Part shown: piece by piece, positions 1-12,494 of the stretch | Layout: each line of letters starts with the position of its first letter | Numbering within the stretch: position 1 is the stretch's first letter | Assembly: GCA_950097015.1 (NCBI GenBank) | Contig: CATNEN010000029.1 | Span: forward strand, 186,001-250,000 | DNA length: 64,000 bases | Reading direction: 5' to 3' | Source of the DNA: Macrostomum hystrix | Taxonomy: Eukaryota; Animalia; Platyhelminthes | The notes under the pieces: model-generated | Told to the model about the DNA's origin: nothing | Database searches by the model: none | What the model saw: only the letters and a program-made list of their open reading frames with translations | Position numbers and translations under genes: made by a program

Positions 1-539
1 AACATAAGCGATTGGGGTGAGAAGAACAAGCAGAAGATTACGGGTGACTCAGCGTACAGGAAATCTCAGGGGGGAGAACTGGGGGAAGGTCAACTCGTCG
101 ACCAGCTGCTCTCGTGGGCGAGTCGGCTACGAGAACTGTTTGAGTTGGCCCTATTCAATGAACTATAGTAGTTTAAGCGAGGGCGAGAAAGGGAGTTCCA
201 GAATGAGTCAGTCAGCTCAAGGAAAAGAACAGTTAGACGCCACCCAATCCCCCCACACAACTACCTCACCGCCACCGCCACTCCCCACCCGGAGAGCTGA
301 AGTGCAATCTCTACAAGTGAGTCAGAAATGACGCACCTCCTAGACTAACATTCGGCTTCTGTAGAAACATGACGCATTGGTGTGGCATCTAGCGTCTAGC
401 GAACATTCCTTCTAGGAGCCCCCCAAATCTGTTGCGTTGTAGCAGCAAAACTGGCTTGGAACATGACTCATTGCCAATTAAATTTCTTTCTTGGCAAATA
501 AATGTAAGAACAGGGCTAATTTACTATCTAGCCACAGCA

Positions 540-1050
540 ATTGCGGGGTATTTTCAAAGGCTGTGTACAGCTGTTGAGTCCATGGACTTCGCTAACCCAA
601 GTTTTTACCCCACAAAATCGATGTTTACGGTGGTGAGTGGCAGAGCGGCGATTCCGCGGCGAGACCACATTCATTTGGTGCGCAGTCGCGGAGAGAAGGC
701 TTGGGAGCTTGTCGTGCAATTTACGCTCTTTTGAGGGCCAACCTCCAAGGCCCAGTGAGAGTGTACACTGCCTGACGATGAGACAGTAAGAGCATATGTA
801 CACACTTGTGTGAGTGTGTGCCTGCGTACGGTATCTGTGTGCGCGTGTGCTCAGGAGTCAGCGAAATGGGCAGAATTGCCTCCTCGCTGGCTGCGGGTCT
901 AGTGTCACCAAATTATGTCATTGCCAGCAGCCCTCCTGAAATTAGTATTATCCTTTTTCTTACCCCACAAAATCGAAACTGAAGGGAATTGCTTTTCTGG
1001 ACTGAGATTCGAACTCCGGACCTCCCATTTAACAGGGCTACAAGCTGCAT
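540..1050 (-). mobile_element. SINE family B remnant interrupted by the family A insertion
   Basis: The family B motif AGTCCATGGACT/ACAGCTGTACACAG lies at 561-588 on the minus strand. A B-box-like GGAGTTCGAATCTCAGTCC (minus) lies at about 1002-1020, on the other side of the family A copy. Confidence 0.55.
622..959 (+). mobile_element. tRNA-derived SINE family A copy, 5' internally deleted, with 17-bp TSD
   Basis: TTACCCCACAAAATCGA at 605-621 and 960-976 flanks it. The body matches copies at about 17542, 41641, 42545, 50325 and 56085. A-box TGGCAGAGCGG is present but the middle of the tRNA head is missing. Confidence 0.85.
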
Positions 1051-1740
1051 TGGCTAGCTCGCGAATCAGTTATATTCTGCGTCCGTCCAAAAGAAATTTG
1101 ACAAGTTCTGTGTCAAGAAAACTCAAGAATCACAGAAGCAACAGAAGTTTTCATAGCTAGACCCATATGCGGCATTGGATACCTGTACTAGTTTTTTTCA
1201 AAACACTCACGCACAGCATCAGCTTTCAGTTTTGCCTTCCCAGTGAAGCAGAAGAAACACCTTAACGCAACATGAAATCCAATTAGTAAACACTAAAATA
1301 ACAAGAAAACTACACTAAGCGATCTGTCCCGAGACTGCATCCATCCGGCTGATCCCTCTCGTCTGCCTAACACATTTTTCAGTATTCTAGAAGAAATCAA
1401 TCTAAATTTAGAAGCGGAGGAATAGGCTGGCAGGGGGCAGGGGGGGCAGGGGGGCAGGGGGGGACTGGGTGCGGTCAGTCCTTCGGTCCGGTCCGGAATT
1501 TCGCTTTATTGCGCCGGTAGGACGCAGATTTCATTCGCTTGGTAGGAATGCGAGACAGGAAAGGAGGCTGCAATTAGGGACGGGCTCTAAGGTGACTTGG
1601 GCTCGCTGGATGGTATAAGCTAAATCTCAGCTCCCTGTGTGTGTAGTTTAACTGTATTCTTGTCTTAGTATGCAATATTCATAGTATGCACTTTACAGGA
1701 ACATACATACACTGAATGCACCAACATCCTTCAAAACTCA

Positions 1741-2068
1741 TTAACACCCTACAAGACATTCCAACACCCTACCAGACATTCCAACACCCTACCAGACATT
1801 CCAACACCCTACCAGACATTCCAACACCCTATCAGACATTCCAACACCCTACGAGACATTCCAACACCCTACCAGACATTCCAACACCCTACCAGACATT
1901 CCAACACCCTACCAGACATTCCAACACCCTACCAGACATTCCAACACCCTACGAGACATTCCAACACCCTACCAGACATTCCAACACCCTACCAGACATT
2001 CCAACACCCTACGAGACATTCCAACACCCTACCAGACACTTTAACACCCTACTAGACTCACCAGACAC
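1741..2068. repeat. 20-bp minisatellite (CCAACACCCTACCAGACATT)n, about 16 units
   Basis: Directly visible period of 20. It begins at the donor site of FHA-gene exon 3. Confidence 0.97.
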
Positions 2069-2776
2069 TCGGCCATCACGGTGACGCAGCCGCGGCAGTT
2101 TCTGGCCCAGGCCGGCAGATCCCTAACAACTGAGGCGTCTGATTCGTAGCCTCCGCCGCAGCCACCGCTGCCCGAATCTTCCGACCTCTTTCGGCTGGCT
2201 AGGGAGGCAACACGATGGCGCCCGCCGCCCGCCGTCGAAGCAAGAGCGGCCGAGTCGGGCAGAAACCGGACAAGCCGCAGCACATTGGAGTCGTAGCCGA
2301 ATCGCAGCGAGTCGCCGCTTTCGAGTTGCACCGGCGTCTCCTCGGGAATGCGAATCTCGTTCACGAATGTCTGGACAAGGAGGTGGCGAGGGGATAAGAT
2401 AAAGGCTCTAATTCCTAATACCAATCTGCATAAGCTTAGCTCACCCCGTTGACACTGGCCAAGTCTTGAATGATGAATCGCTGCAATTCAAAGTCGAACG
2501 ACATCAGGGCATGTTGAGGATCGACGCTGTGCGACTGGAAAAAAACAATAGAATATTACTCTGTAATGAATACTGATTGTCTGGCAGGAGCTTCGACCTC
2601 ACCTTCAGCAGGATGTCACATGAGAGCTCCCGGCCAATCAGAGTTGCCGCCGCCTTGTCTAGCCAGGTGCGGCGCGACATCCGATCAACGGCGCACCAGA
2701 TCGACTGGGAGGCAGCGCGGACGTCTTCGTTGGCCAGCTTGCTCTGGGAGGCAACGAATACGCTGTCGTCCTCCAT
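2062..2776 (-). CDS. FHA-domain protein, CEP170/KIAA0284 N-terminus-like; 3 exons, 3' end unresolved
   Basis: Exons 2776-2603, 2534-2445 and 2370-2062, all GT-AG and phase 0. Spliced product includes LIGRELSCDILLK/SHSVDPQHALMSFDFELQRFIIQDLASVNG/TFVNEIRIPEETPVQLESGDSLRFGYD, which has the FHA motifs GR, S-x-V-x-x-x-HA, DL-x-S-x-NGTFVN and LRFG. Confidence 0.85.
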
Positions 2777-4960
2777 GGCGTTTCACACCCGAATGCTTTG
2801 ATTGTTAATTGTTTGTTAGAGATGTTTAAGTGCAAGATATTATAAAAATATATATAAAGGTAGTTACTGCTATAGAAATGTAGAAAAATCTTAAGTGACA
2901 ATATATAAAAATAGCAATCCAGGGAGTGAATCATGGGCACTTTCAGAAAAAAAGTAAAAAGTTGTGTTATCAGTTTTTGCTTTTAAGAAGAAATTGTTTC
3001 ATGGATTTTTTTATTAAACCAACAAGGGTTTGCCCACTCTTTAAGACAGACTGGAAACTGGCAGTAAAAATGATTTTAAATCCAAATAATCTTACAAAAA
3101 AAATAATAAAAGCCCTTTTCAAAACAAAAGTTTTCATAGACATTTTTGGAATTCAAAATGAATGAAGAACTAGGACTATAAAGTGGTCTTTATGTCCATC
3201 AAATTACAAATCCACTATTTTATCATTAACATTTTAGCTAGCTTCTAAACAGATAAAGGAATATTTCCATTTGAACAACAGCTTGTAACATATTATGTAG
3301 CAAAAAATATTTATCCGATACGAAGTAAAAAATAGTCAGAGCAAACTCACATTACTATAAAAACAAATGTTCAAGTGGTGAAATTGGGACTTATGGTATG
3401 AAAAGTTTAAAATAACTATGAAAGACAGTTGGGGCTCCTATAGGAATATGATTTAAATCGGAGCTCCTTGATCTGTAACCCTAACTGAGCACGTGCACGC
3501 TATACGTGATCCAGTGCAATTCCTTGAATAAGTTGAATTTATATTTTCGACGATGCACGCGACACGTGATTTAAAACAAAGTAGTTAATGTGAGTTAGGA
3601 AAAATTCAGTAGGGTAAGTTTCTATTATTTAATAAACGAAAATTTTAATCAAAAAAGAAATAAATATTATTTTAAGTGCTATATTGCTAATCACCTTGAT
3701 AACTGAACGAAGCTGGAAAATTGCAATAGTATGTCACGATATTGCTTTTTTGATATTTTTTTGATATTTTTTAATATTGATATTGCAGGTAAGTTTCCGA
3801 CATATCTTCTTCTACGAGGGCATGTAAAATTTTTGCGTTCTATAAATGTCACTTGAGAAAGTAATTTAAGTGAATTTTTATATAACAGAGTGCTCAGTCA
3901 CGTCTGACTGGGCAATTATGTTAGGTTTAAATGTTAAGAATTCAAATACAGGACTGTATAATTTTTATAAAACTAATTTCTATTAAATTCCAGAAAAACT
4001 TGCTGATTTAGAAAATAGTGAAATTCCAACAATCTCCGATTTTAAGCCTCTAGTGAGTCTTGAAAAGAGTTATATAATATATAATTTTGTCTACGTACAG
4101 TTTCAACTTCATAACAAATGGTGTGAGCATATATTAATAAAGGTTGCTAAACGAATAAATATTAAAAATACATTATTTTAATTAAAAATATCTCCCTCGC
4201 GTGATGCACTTCACTTCTAAGCGGCAAAAGCGAAGTTTGCGTGACATTCCCGCATCCTCCAGTGAACCTCTCAATAAAGTCTGGACAGACTGACATGCAT
4301 AATTACACCCATGTAGAGCAAGGCCTATCCATGTTCTCGAATCAATTGAGCAAAAGTGCCGCTGGCATAATCGTGTCTGCTTTGCAGTTGGGTGTTCGCC
4401 TGTGAAGGAAGAATTTTTATGGCCCATTATCTCTCTCCGATCCATAGTTTGAGTAGTTACGCTTGTTATCGGTAAGTGCGCGTGAAGTCGCATCTTTCGA
4501 AGTCGTGCTTGAGCATTCATTGACTGGCCATTTGGACTAAAAATCAGATTTTCTCCCTCGCCTCCTTCGCCTCCTTCGAATGGCCGGGGTTGGATTTTAA
4601 AGTACATTTCTAAACATTTTATAGTACAATAATGCGTATAACGTTTATTTTACTCTACACGAGGAAAATGAGAATACGTTGAAAGTTAATAAGAGTATTA
4701 GTGTATCTTGAAATTCCGGATCTATTGATCTTGAAGCGAATGATTAATTATGAACAAAATTCTCATTTGCATGAATTGCAACAAGAAATCTATTTTAATA
4801 AACAGTCAGGTTTCAGTGATTGTTTCAACTATGACACAGGTAATACTTCTGGCGCAGGGGGCGGGTCTGCAGGGCGTGAACAAACTAATAACCAATCGCC
4901 AGCAAGGATAAAAGTTCATGATTTGTTCCAGGTCTATGCGCGCCTTCATTCATTGGAGAA

Positions 4961-5961
4961 TTACGACGGTGCAAGCAATAGAGACAGCGAACGCTTAGTC
5001 ATGAGCTTCGGCGAGGGCGACGGCGATAGTGACGGCGACGGCGATAGTGACGGCGACGGCGATAGTGACGGCGACGGCGATAGTGACGGCGACGGCGACG
5101 CAGAAGTCACGGAGGGCGATTGAGACGTCGACGGTGATGCCATTGTCAATGAAGGCGAGGGCGAGGGCGTCGGCGACAGCAATAGCAGCTCGGCTTCGGC
5201 TCGACGCGCCAGCTCAGCAACATGCCAGTCTTGTTCCGCACCGTTGGGCACTTCGAGTGCCATGAAGCGCGCCACGCCACGCACGTAGTCGACGTTGGTA
5301 CCGGCCCTACCTGTTGCCATGGCAATCTGATGCGCCTGCCAATCTAGGCTAGCCTTGCCTAGATAACGCGGATTGTCCGGCTCGGCTATGTAGGTGTAAG
5401 CCGATACATCAACTGACGATGCTGGCGATGTCAGTGCAGGTCGGAACGCCACCCGGCGCAGGCGATAGCCGCCCAGGTGAGCCTCTCGCTGGCTCAGGTG
5501 CGCCAAAGCCGCACTGGCGCCGACGGAGCCGCGGACCTCGTAGAGCACTCCCCAGGTGCAGGCGGTCGGTTCCGGCAGCAGAGTTGCCACGCGGCCCGGC
5601 TGCGTGGAGACAGGTAAAAGAGAGTGAGAAAGAAATTAGAACTTAAAGCTTGGAATTTCTGATCGTGAGGTCAGAAGTTCGAATCTTATTCCAGGGTTAG
5701 CTTCAGTCCATGGACTGAACAGCTGTACACAGCTGTAGATCTGTCCCAGCAGTTAATCATTTGCTCAGCAATCTTACTCACCGCCTCCTCGCTGCCCCTG
5801 TGCCAGACGCTGCCCTGGTAGAAGCGCCTCTTGAAGCCGCGGACGCAGCCGACAATCCGGCGGCTGTAGGGGAAGCCCGGCCGCCAGATCAGCGAGCCGT
5901 AGCCGAAGATGCGCAGCGGTGGTCCGCCGGGTTCGAATCTCGGCTCCAATCCAGACGACAT
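4961..5961 (-). CDS. CHAC: ChaC-family glutathione-specific gamma-glutamylcyclotransferase with Ser/Pro-repeat tail
   Basis: Exons 5961-5782 and 5599-4961, phase-0 GT-AG intron. Motifs [16 protein letters not shown]-x-x-HRG, PGRVATL, WGVLYEV, LSQRE and G-x-N-x-DYV. The paralog (CHAC1 or CHAC2) is not assigned. Confidence 0.93.
5660..5740 (+). mobile_element. Truncated SINE family B fragment in the ChaC intron
   Basis: B-box-like GAAGTTCGAATC followed by CAGTCCATGGACTGAACAGCTGTAC, shared with the copies at 25505 and 39517. Confidence 0.6.
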
Positions 5962-6458
5962 GCTTGGCGGAAATTGAAGAGCATAAAAAATAAAGAGGCA
6001 GGAATCTTAAAAACACGGCCCTTTAAATAGCCGCCCTGAATTGCTGAATGAAGCATCTGGCAGATTGGCCGGCCATGCCTAGTCCGGGAAGTTGCCTTAG
6101 GAGGGCGAGTGAAGGACGCGGAGTGGGGGTGGGCGACAGCTAACCAGCTCAATCCGCCGGCCCCGCCCACGCGTCCCCGAGTGATTGCGGGGATAGTAAA
6201 TTTAGGGGGAAAAATATTGCCGCGAGGAGACAGGCTGGGGAGCTTTTGGGATCATCAGGGGCGCGATTGATTTGGGGAGAGACAACAAAAAATTCTTATG
6301 GCGGACATCGAGTGTGACGCATTGGCTCTGAAGAAAAAAATAGGAGAAAAATGTGAAACAGAGGACAATAGAAGGTGATGAAATTGATTGAGAATAAAAT
6401 TTAGAAACGTTGAAATAGCGAAAGAAGGAATACTACGAGCTATTTACATAAGAGAGTG

Positions 6459-7110
6459 AGATGAAGGGGAGAGTGAGATGAAGGGGAGAGTGAGATGAAG
6501 GGGAGAGTGAGATGAAGGGAGACAGTAACGTGAGGGGGAGTGAGATGATGGGAGAGAGTAACGTGTGGGGAAGGGTGAGATGAAGGGTGAAGCTGAGATG
6601 AAAGGGAGAGTGAGATGAAGGGGAGAGTGAGATGAAGGGGAGAGTGAGATGAAGGGGAGAGTGAGATGAAAGGGAGAGTGAGATGAAGGGGAGAGTGAGA
6701 TGAAGGGGAGAGTGAGATAAAGGGGAGAGTGAGATGAAGGGGAGAGTGAGATGAAGGGGAGAGTGAGATGAAGGGGAGAGTGAGATGAAGGGATATTGAT
6801 ATAAAGGGAGAGAGTGACGTGAGGGGGGAGAGTGATATGAAGGGATATTGAGATGAAGGGGAGAGTGTGATGAAGGGGGAGAGTGAGATGAAGGGGGAGA
6901 GTGAGATGAAGGGGGAGAGTGAGATGAAGGGGGAGAGTGAGATGAAGGGGGAGAGTGAGATGAAGGGGGAGAGTGAGATGAAGGGGAGAGTGAGATGAAG
7001 GTAGACAGTAACGTGAGGGGGAGTGAGATGAAGAGGGAGTGAGATGATGGGAGAGAGTAACGTGTGGGGAAGGGTGAGATGAAGGGTGAAGCTGAGATGA
7101 AAGGAGTGAG
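6459..7110. repeat. 18/19-bp purine-rich minisatellite (GAGAGTGAGATGAAGGGG)n
   Basis: Visible period. A variant block at about 6521-6605 recurs at about 7005-7102. Confidence 0.95.
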
Positions 7111-7989
7111 ATGGAGTAGACAGATATGTGAAGGGCGGATATGTAAGGTGAAGTAGGTTAGCCGGCAGAAAGAATAAATGGCGGGAAATAGCTAAGAGAA
7201 GAGAAAAACAGCACGAAGAATTAGACCTGGATAATAGCCTACGAAGCGGGTGGGAGTCTCATTAGTTAATTAAGTGCAATGGGCCGATTAGTTGTGCTTG
7301 GAGATTTCATACACGGAAACAGGAAGCCTTCTCGGTGATGCTGAAAATCTGCACTGTCGGTTGCGTCTGGAAAAATCTATTTTTAGAGAATAGATTTAAT
7401 AATATTATTTTTATTAGTCCACGTGACTGCATGTCCAAAGGCTCCCGAACTAAAACCAGTAAAAGACTTGAGCACTAATGAGCACTAATTTCCCATGTAG
7501 GCAAATCTATATGTCTACATCTAAATCTAAATCTACATCTACTTTTCAATCATATATGAAATACAGTCTACATGCAACAACATATTAACAACATTTCGAC
7601 ACTTAATTTGCTGTCGAAATACTGTTGATTTTTTGTCGAAATGTACAACAGCATTTCGAAAACAAATAAGCAATAAAAATTTGAAAACTAATTCCACACA
7701 TCCACAGAATTTCGACAACAAAACAACACTTCGACAGCAAATCACCAACATTTCGACAACTTGTCAAAAATAAATTGATAAGATTTCTGACCATGTTTTG
7801 AACTTTCTAAATAGCGCAACAAACAGTTAATCCGCAATGCCTACTATGTGACTACTAACTGACAGACAGTAGTGTAGTATGTATCAGTATGGCTAAATAT
7901 GGAGAATGGCCTTCAAACTGCAAGATTTTTTATTTGGGTAAATAATGCAGTAACAGTGGTCATAACATCTAAGGTTACCGATTTTATAA

Positions 7990-8830
7990 AGCTCATTGAT
8001 CATGACCGATTTCATAACTGCTCATTGATCATGACTGATTTTATAACTGCTCATTGATCATGACTGATTTTATAACTGCTCATTGATCATGACCGATTTT
8101 ATAACTGCTCATTGATCATGACCGATTTTATAACTGCTCATTGATCATGACCGATTTTATAACTGCTCATTGATCATGGCCGATTTTATAACTGCTCATT
8201 GATCATGGCCGATTTTATAACTGCTCATTGATCATGGCCGATTTTATAACTGCTCATTGATCATGACCGATTTTATAACTGCTCATTGATCATGACCGAT
8301 TTAAAAATTGCTCATTGATCATGACCGATTTTATAACTGCTCATTGATCATGACTGATTTTATAACTGCTCATTGATCATGGCCGATTTTATAACTGCTC
8401 ATTGATCATGGCCGATTTTATAACTGCTCATTGATCATGGCCGATTTTATAACTGCTCATTGATCATGGCCGATTTTATAACTGCTCATTAATCATGGCC
8501 GATTTTATAACTGCTCATTGATCATGACCGATTTCATTACTGCTCATTGATCATGGCCGATTTCATAACTGCTCATTGATCATGGCCGATTTCATTACTG
8601 CTCATTGATCATGACCGATTTCATAACTGCTCATTGATCATGACCGATTTCATAACTGCTCATTGATCATGACCGATTTCATAACTGCTCATTGATTATG
8701 ACCAATTTTGTCACTGCTCATTGATTATGACCAATTTTATGACTGCTCATTGATTATGACCAATTTTATGACTGCTCATTGATTATGACCAATTTTATAA
8801 CTGCTAATTGATTATGACCAATTTTATGAC
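7990..8830. repeat. 29-bp minisatellite (ACTGCTCATTGATCATGACCGATTTTATA)n
   Basis: About 28 tandem units, with variants clustered by position. Confidence 0.97.
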
Positions 8831-9244
8831 TTTTCATTTAAGACCATTTGTTATGTACAATCGCCTTCTTATTTACAACTCATCCGCCAGAAAAGGAGGT
8901 GCTCAGCTCATTGGCGTGGTCATACAGGTGGAACAGGGAGTCCGGGTGCGGACTGGCTACTATTGAGAAGCCTTGTAGCTGTGCTCAAATCTCTAGGAAG
9001 CCTTGCAGGCAGAATGGAAGGGCTTAGATAGCAATTTGAAATTGACTGTCTCTCGACTAATATAGAGATTTTTAGTACACCAGAACCCAAGCACAGGCAT
9101 ATGAGTTAGTTTGTCAGTTTCTGTCACAAGTATAATAGCTACAGCAGACCACAGCAAATCGACAGCTAATTAACAGCTAATTACAACAAGGCCTCAGAAA
9201 AGTTGCGGAAAAGATACAGCAAACAGACAGCAAATCCACAACAC

Positions 9245-11710
9245 ATTAGCAGCAAAGCTACTGAAAATTAGTAGCAAAGCTACAGCAAATTAGTAGCAAA
9301 GCAACAGCAAATTAACAGCAAAGCTACAGCAATTTAGCAGCAAAGCTACAGCAAATTATGTGCAAAGCTACAGCAAATTAGCTGCAAAGCTACAGCAATT
9401 TAGCAGCAAAGCTACAGCAAATTATGTGCAAAGCTACAGCAAATTATGTGCAAAGCTACAGCAAATTATGTGCAAAGCTACAGCAAATTATGTGCAAAGC
9501 TACAGCAAATTATGTCCAAAGCTACAGCAAGTTATGAGCAAAGCTACAGCAAATTAGCAGCAAAGCTACAGCAAATTAGCAGCAAAGCTACAGCAAATTA
9601 GCAGCAAAGCTACAGCAAATTAGCAGCAAAGCTACAGCAAATTATGTGCAAAGCTACAGCAAATTAGCAGCAAAGCTACAGCAATTTAGCAGCAAAGCTA
9701 CAGCAAATTATGTGCAAAGCTACAGCAAATTAGCTGCAAAGCTACAGCAAATTATGTGCAAAGCTACAGCAAATTATGTGCAAAGCTACAGCAAATTAGC
9801 AGCAAAGCTACAGCAAATTAGCAGCAAAGCTACAGCAAATTAGCAGCAAAGCTACAGCAAATTAGCAGCAAAGCTACAGCAAATTAGCAGCAAAGCTACA
9901 GCAAATTAGCAGCAAAGCTACAGCAAATTAGCAGCAAAGCTACAGCAAATTAGCAGCAAAGCTACAGCAAATTAGCAGCAAAGCTACAGCAAATTAGCAG
10001 CAAAGCTACAGCAAATTATGTGCAAAGCTACAGCAAATTAGCAGCAAAGCTACAGCAAATTATGTGCAAAGCTACAGCAAATTATGTGCAAAGCTACAGC
10101 AAATTATGTGCAAAGCTACAGCAAATTAGCAGCAAAGCTACAGCAAATTAGCAGCAAAGCTACAGCAAATTAGCAGCAAAGCTACAGCAAATTAGCAGCA
10201 AAGCTACAGCAAATTAGCAGCAAAGCTACAGCAAATTATGTGCAAAGCTACAGCAAATTAGCAGCAAAGCTACAGCAAATTAGCAGCAAAGCTACAGCAA
10301 ATTAGCAGCAAAGCTACAGCAAATTAGCAGCAAAGCTACAGCAAATTAGCAGCAAAGCTACAGCAAATTATGTGCAAAGCTACAGAAAATTAGCAGCAAA
10401 GCTACAGCAAATTAGCAGCAAAGCTACAGCAAATTAGCAGCAAAGCTACAGCAAATTAGCAGCAAAGCTACAGCAAATTAGCAGCAAAGCTACAGCAATT
10501 TAGCAGCAAAGCTACAGCAAATTATGTGCAAAGCTACAGCAATTTAGCAGCAAAGCTACAGCAAATTATGTGCAAAGCTACAGCAAATTATGTGCAAAGC
10601 TACAGCAAATTATGTGCAAAGCTACAGCAAATTAGCAGCAAAGCTACAGCAAATTATTTGCAAAGCTACAGCAAATTAGCAGCAAAGCTACAGCAAATTA
10701 GCAGCAAAGCTACAGCAAATTAGCAGCAAAGCTACAGCAAATTATGTGCAAAGCTACAGCAAATTAGCAGCAAAGCTACAGCAAATTAGCAGCAAAGCTA
10801 CAGCAAATTAGCAGCAAAGCTACAGCAAATTAGCAGCAAAGCTACAGCATATTAGCAGCTAAGCTACAGCAAATTATGTGCAAAGCTACAGCAAATTAGC
10901 AGCAAAGCTACAGCAAATTAGCAGCAAAGCTACAGCAAATTAGCAGCAAAGCTACAGCAAATTAGCAGCAAAGCTACAGCAAATTAGCAGCAAAGCTACA
11001 GCAAATTAGCAGCAAAGCTACAGCAAATTATGTGCAAAGCTACAGCAAATTAGCAGCAAAGCTACAGCAAATTAGCAGCAAAGCTACAGCAAATTAGCAG
11101 CAAAGCTACAGCAAATTAGCAGCAAAGCTACAGCAAATTAGCAGCAAAGCTACAGCAAGTTATGAGCAAAGCTACAGCAAATTAGCAGCAAAGCTACAGC
11201 AAATTAGCAGCAAAGCTACAGCAAATTATGAGCAAAGCTACAGAAAATTAGCAGCAAAGCTACAGCAAATTAGCAGCAAAGCTACAGCAAGTTATGAGCA
11301 AAGCTACAGCAAATAAGCAGCAAAGCTACAGCAAATTAGCAGCAAAGCTACAGCAAATTAGCAGCAAAGCTACAGCAAGTTATGAGCAAAGCTACAGCAA
11401 ATTAGCAGCAAAGCTACAGCAAGTTATGAGCAAAGCTACAGCAAATTATGTGCAAAGCTACAGCAAATTAGCAGCAAAGCTACAGCAAATTAGCAGCAAA
11501 GCTACAGCAAATTAGCAGCAAAGCTACAGCAAGTTATGAGCAAAGCTACAGCAAATTAGCAGCAAAGCTACAGCAAGTTATGAGCAAAGCTACAGCAAAT
11601 TATGTGCAAAGCTACAGCAAATTAGCAGCAAAGCTACAGCAAATTAGCAGCAAAGCTACAGCAAATTAGCAGCAAAGCTACAGCAAATTAGTAGCAAAGC
11701 TACAGCAATA
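9245..11710. repeat. 22-bp minisatellite (GCAAAGCTACAGCAAATTAGCA)n with TATGT/TATGA variants
   Basis: About 110 units with period 22. Confidence 0.98.
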
Positions 11711-12494
11711 CGAAAGAAAAGCCAGCAAATACAGCAATGCTGAGCATATCGCTGATAGAAATATATAGAATTCAGTTACAGACATGTAAGGTCATCAAAG
11801 CACACGGGTTAAGGTGCAATGTCTAACTGCATGCAAATTAGCGATCAATGACTGATAATCATTAATCAGAGGTAATAAAACCATGCTCTAAGTATAAAAT
11901 TGTCACCTCACAGAAAATAATCTGGGAGTCTGCACAGTTTGAGAAGTGCTCACGCAGGCAAAGAGGATCAGTGCTCCGGAATTCCCTAGAGGAGTTGGGG
12001 GTGATTCTGGATTCGCTGGCAATGGCTGACATGGCAACTAAGCGCTTAAATGATCTACTGAGAAGCTGGCCCGCCCTTTTCAGGCCTACATCCGGACCCT
12101 GGCAGGGCCTCAAGATCAATTAGAGAGCAGGCGCTGGGGGAGTTGCGACTCGAGCTAGAGCGCAGGAAAGGGAGGCGAAGAGACAGCAATTTTGTCTTCA
12201 AAGTCAATTTTATCCACGCCTTAATGCACAGACTTCGGTTTAAAAAGTAATCCCCAAGACAGGACGGTAAAAACACTTATTAGTATCGACCTCAAACCCA
12301 ACTTGATCGTACCTTTGTTTTCTAGTCTGTCTCTCTGATCAATTAAAGCTCTACTTTACCTCTGAGCACGAACCAAATTCTTTAAAAGTCAGAAATTTTC
12401 CCACAAAAATTCATATTGTAAAAATTTTCCCATCTATTTCTAGGCTGAAAAAAATCCCTTCGAAAAATTCGAAGCTCCATGACCTACGTGTATA

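Noticed and set aside
1429-1468. G-run cluster (GGCAGGGGG)n as a G-quadruplex element
   Set aside because: The sequence could form a G4, but it is a short simple repeat with no context supporting a function.
4701-5123. 140-aa plus-strand ORF with DGDGDS repeats
   Set aside because: Antisense shadow of the ChaC Ser/Pro tail, starting from a GTG in AT-rich 3' flank.
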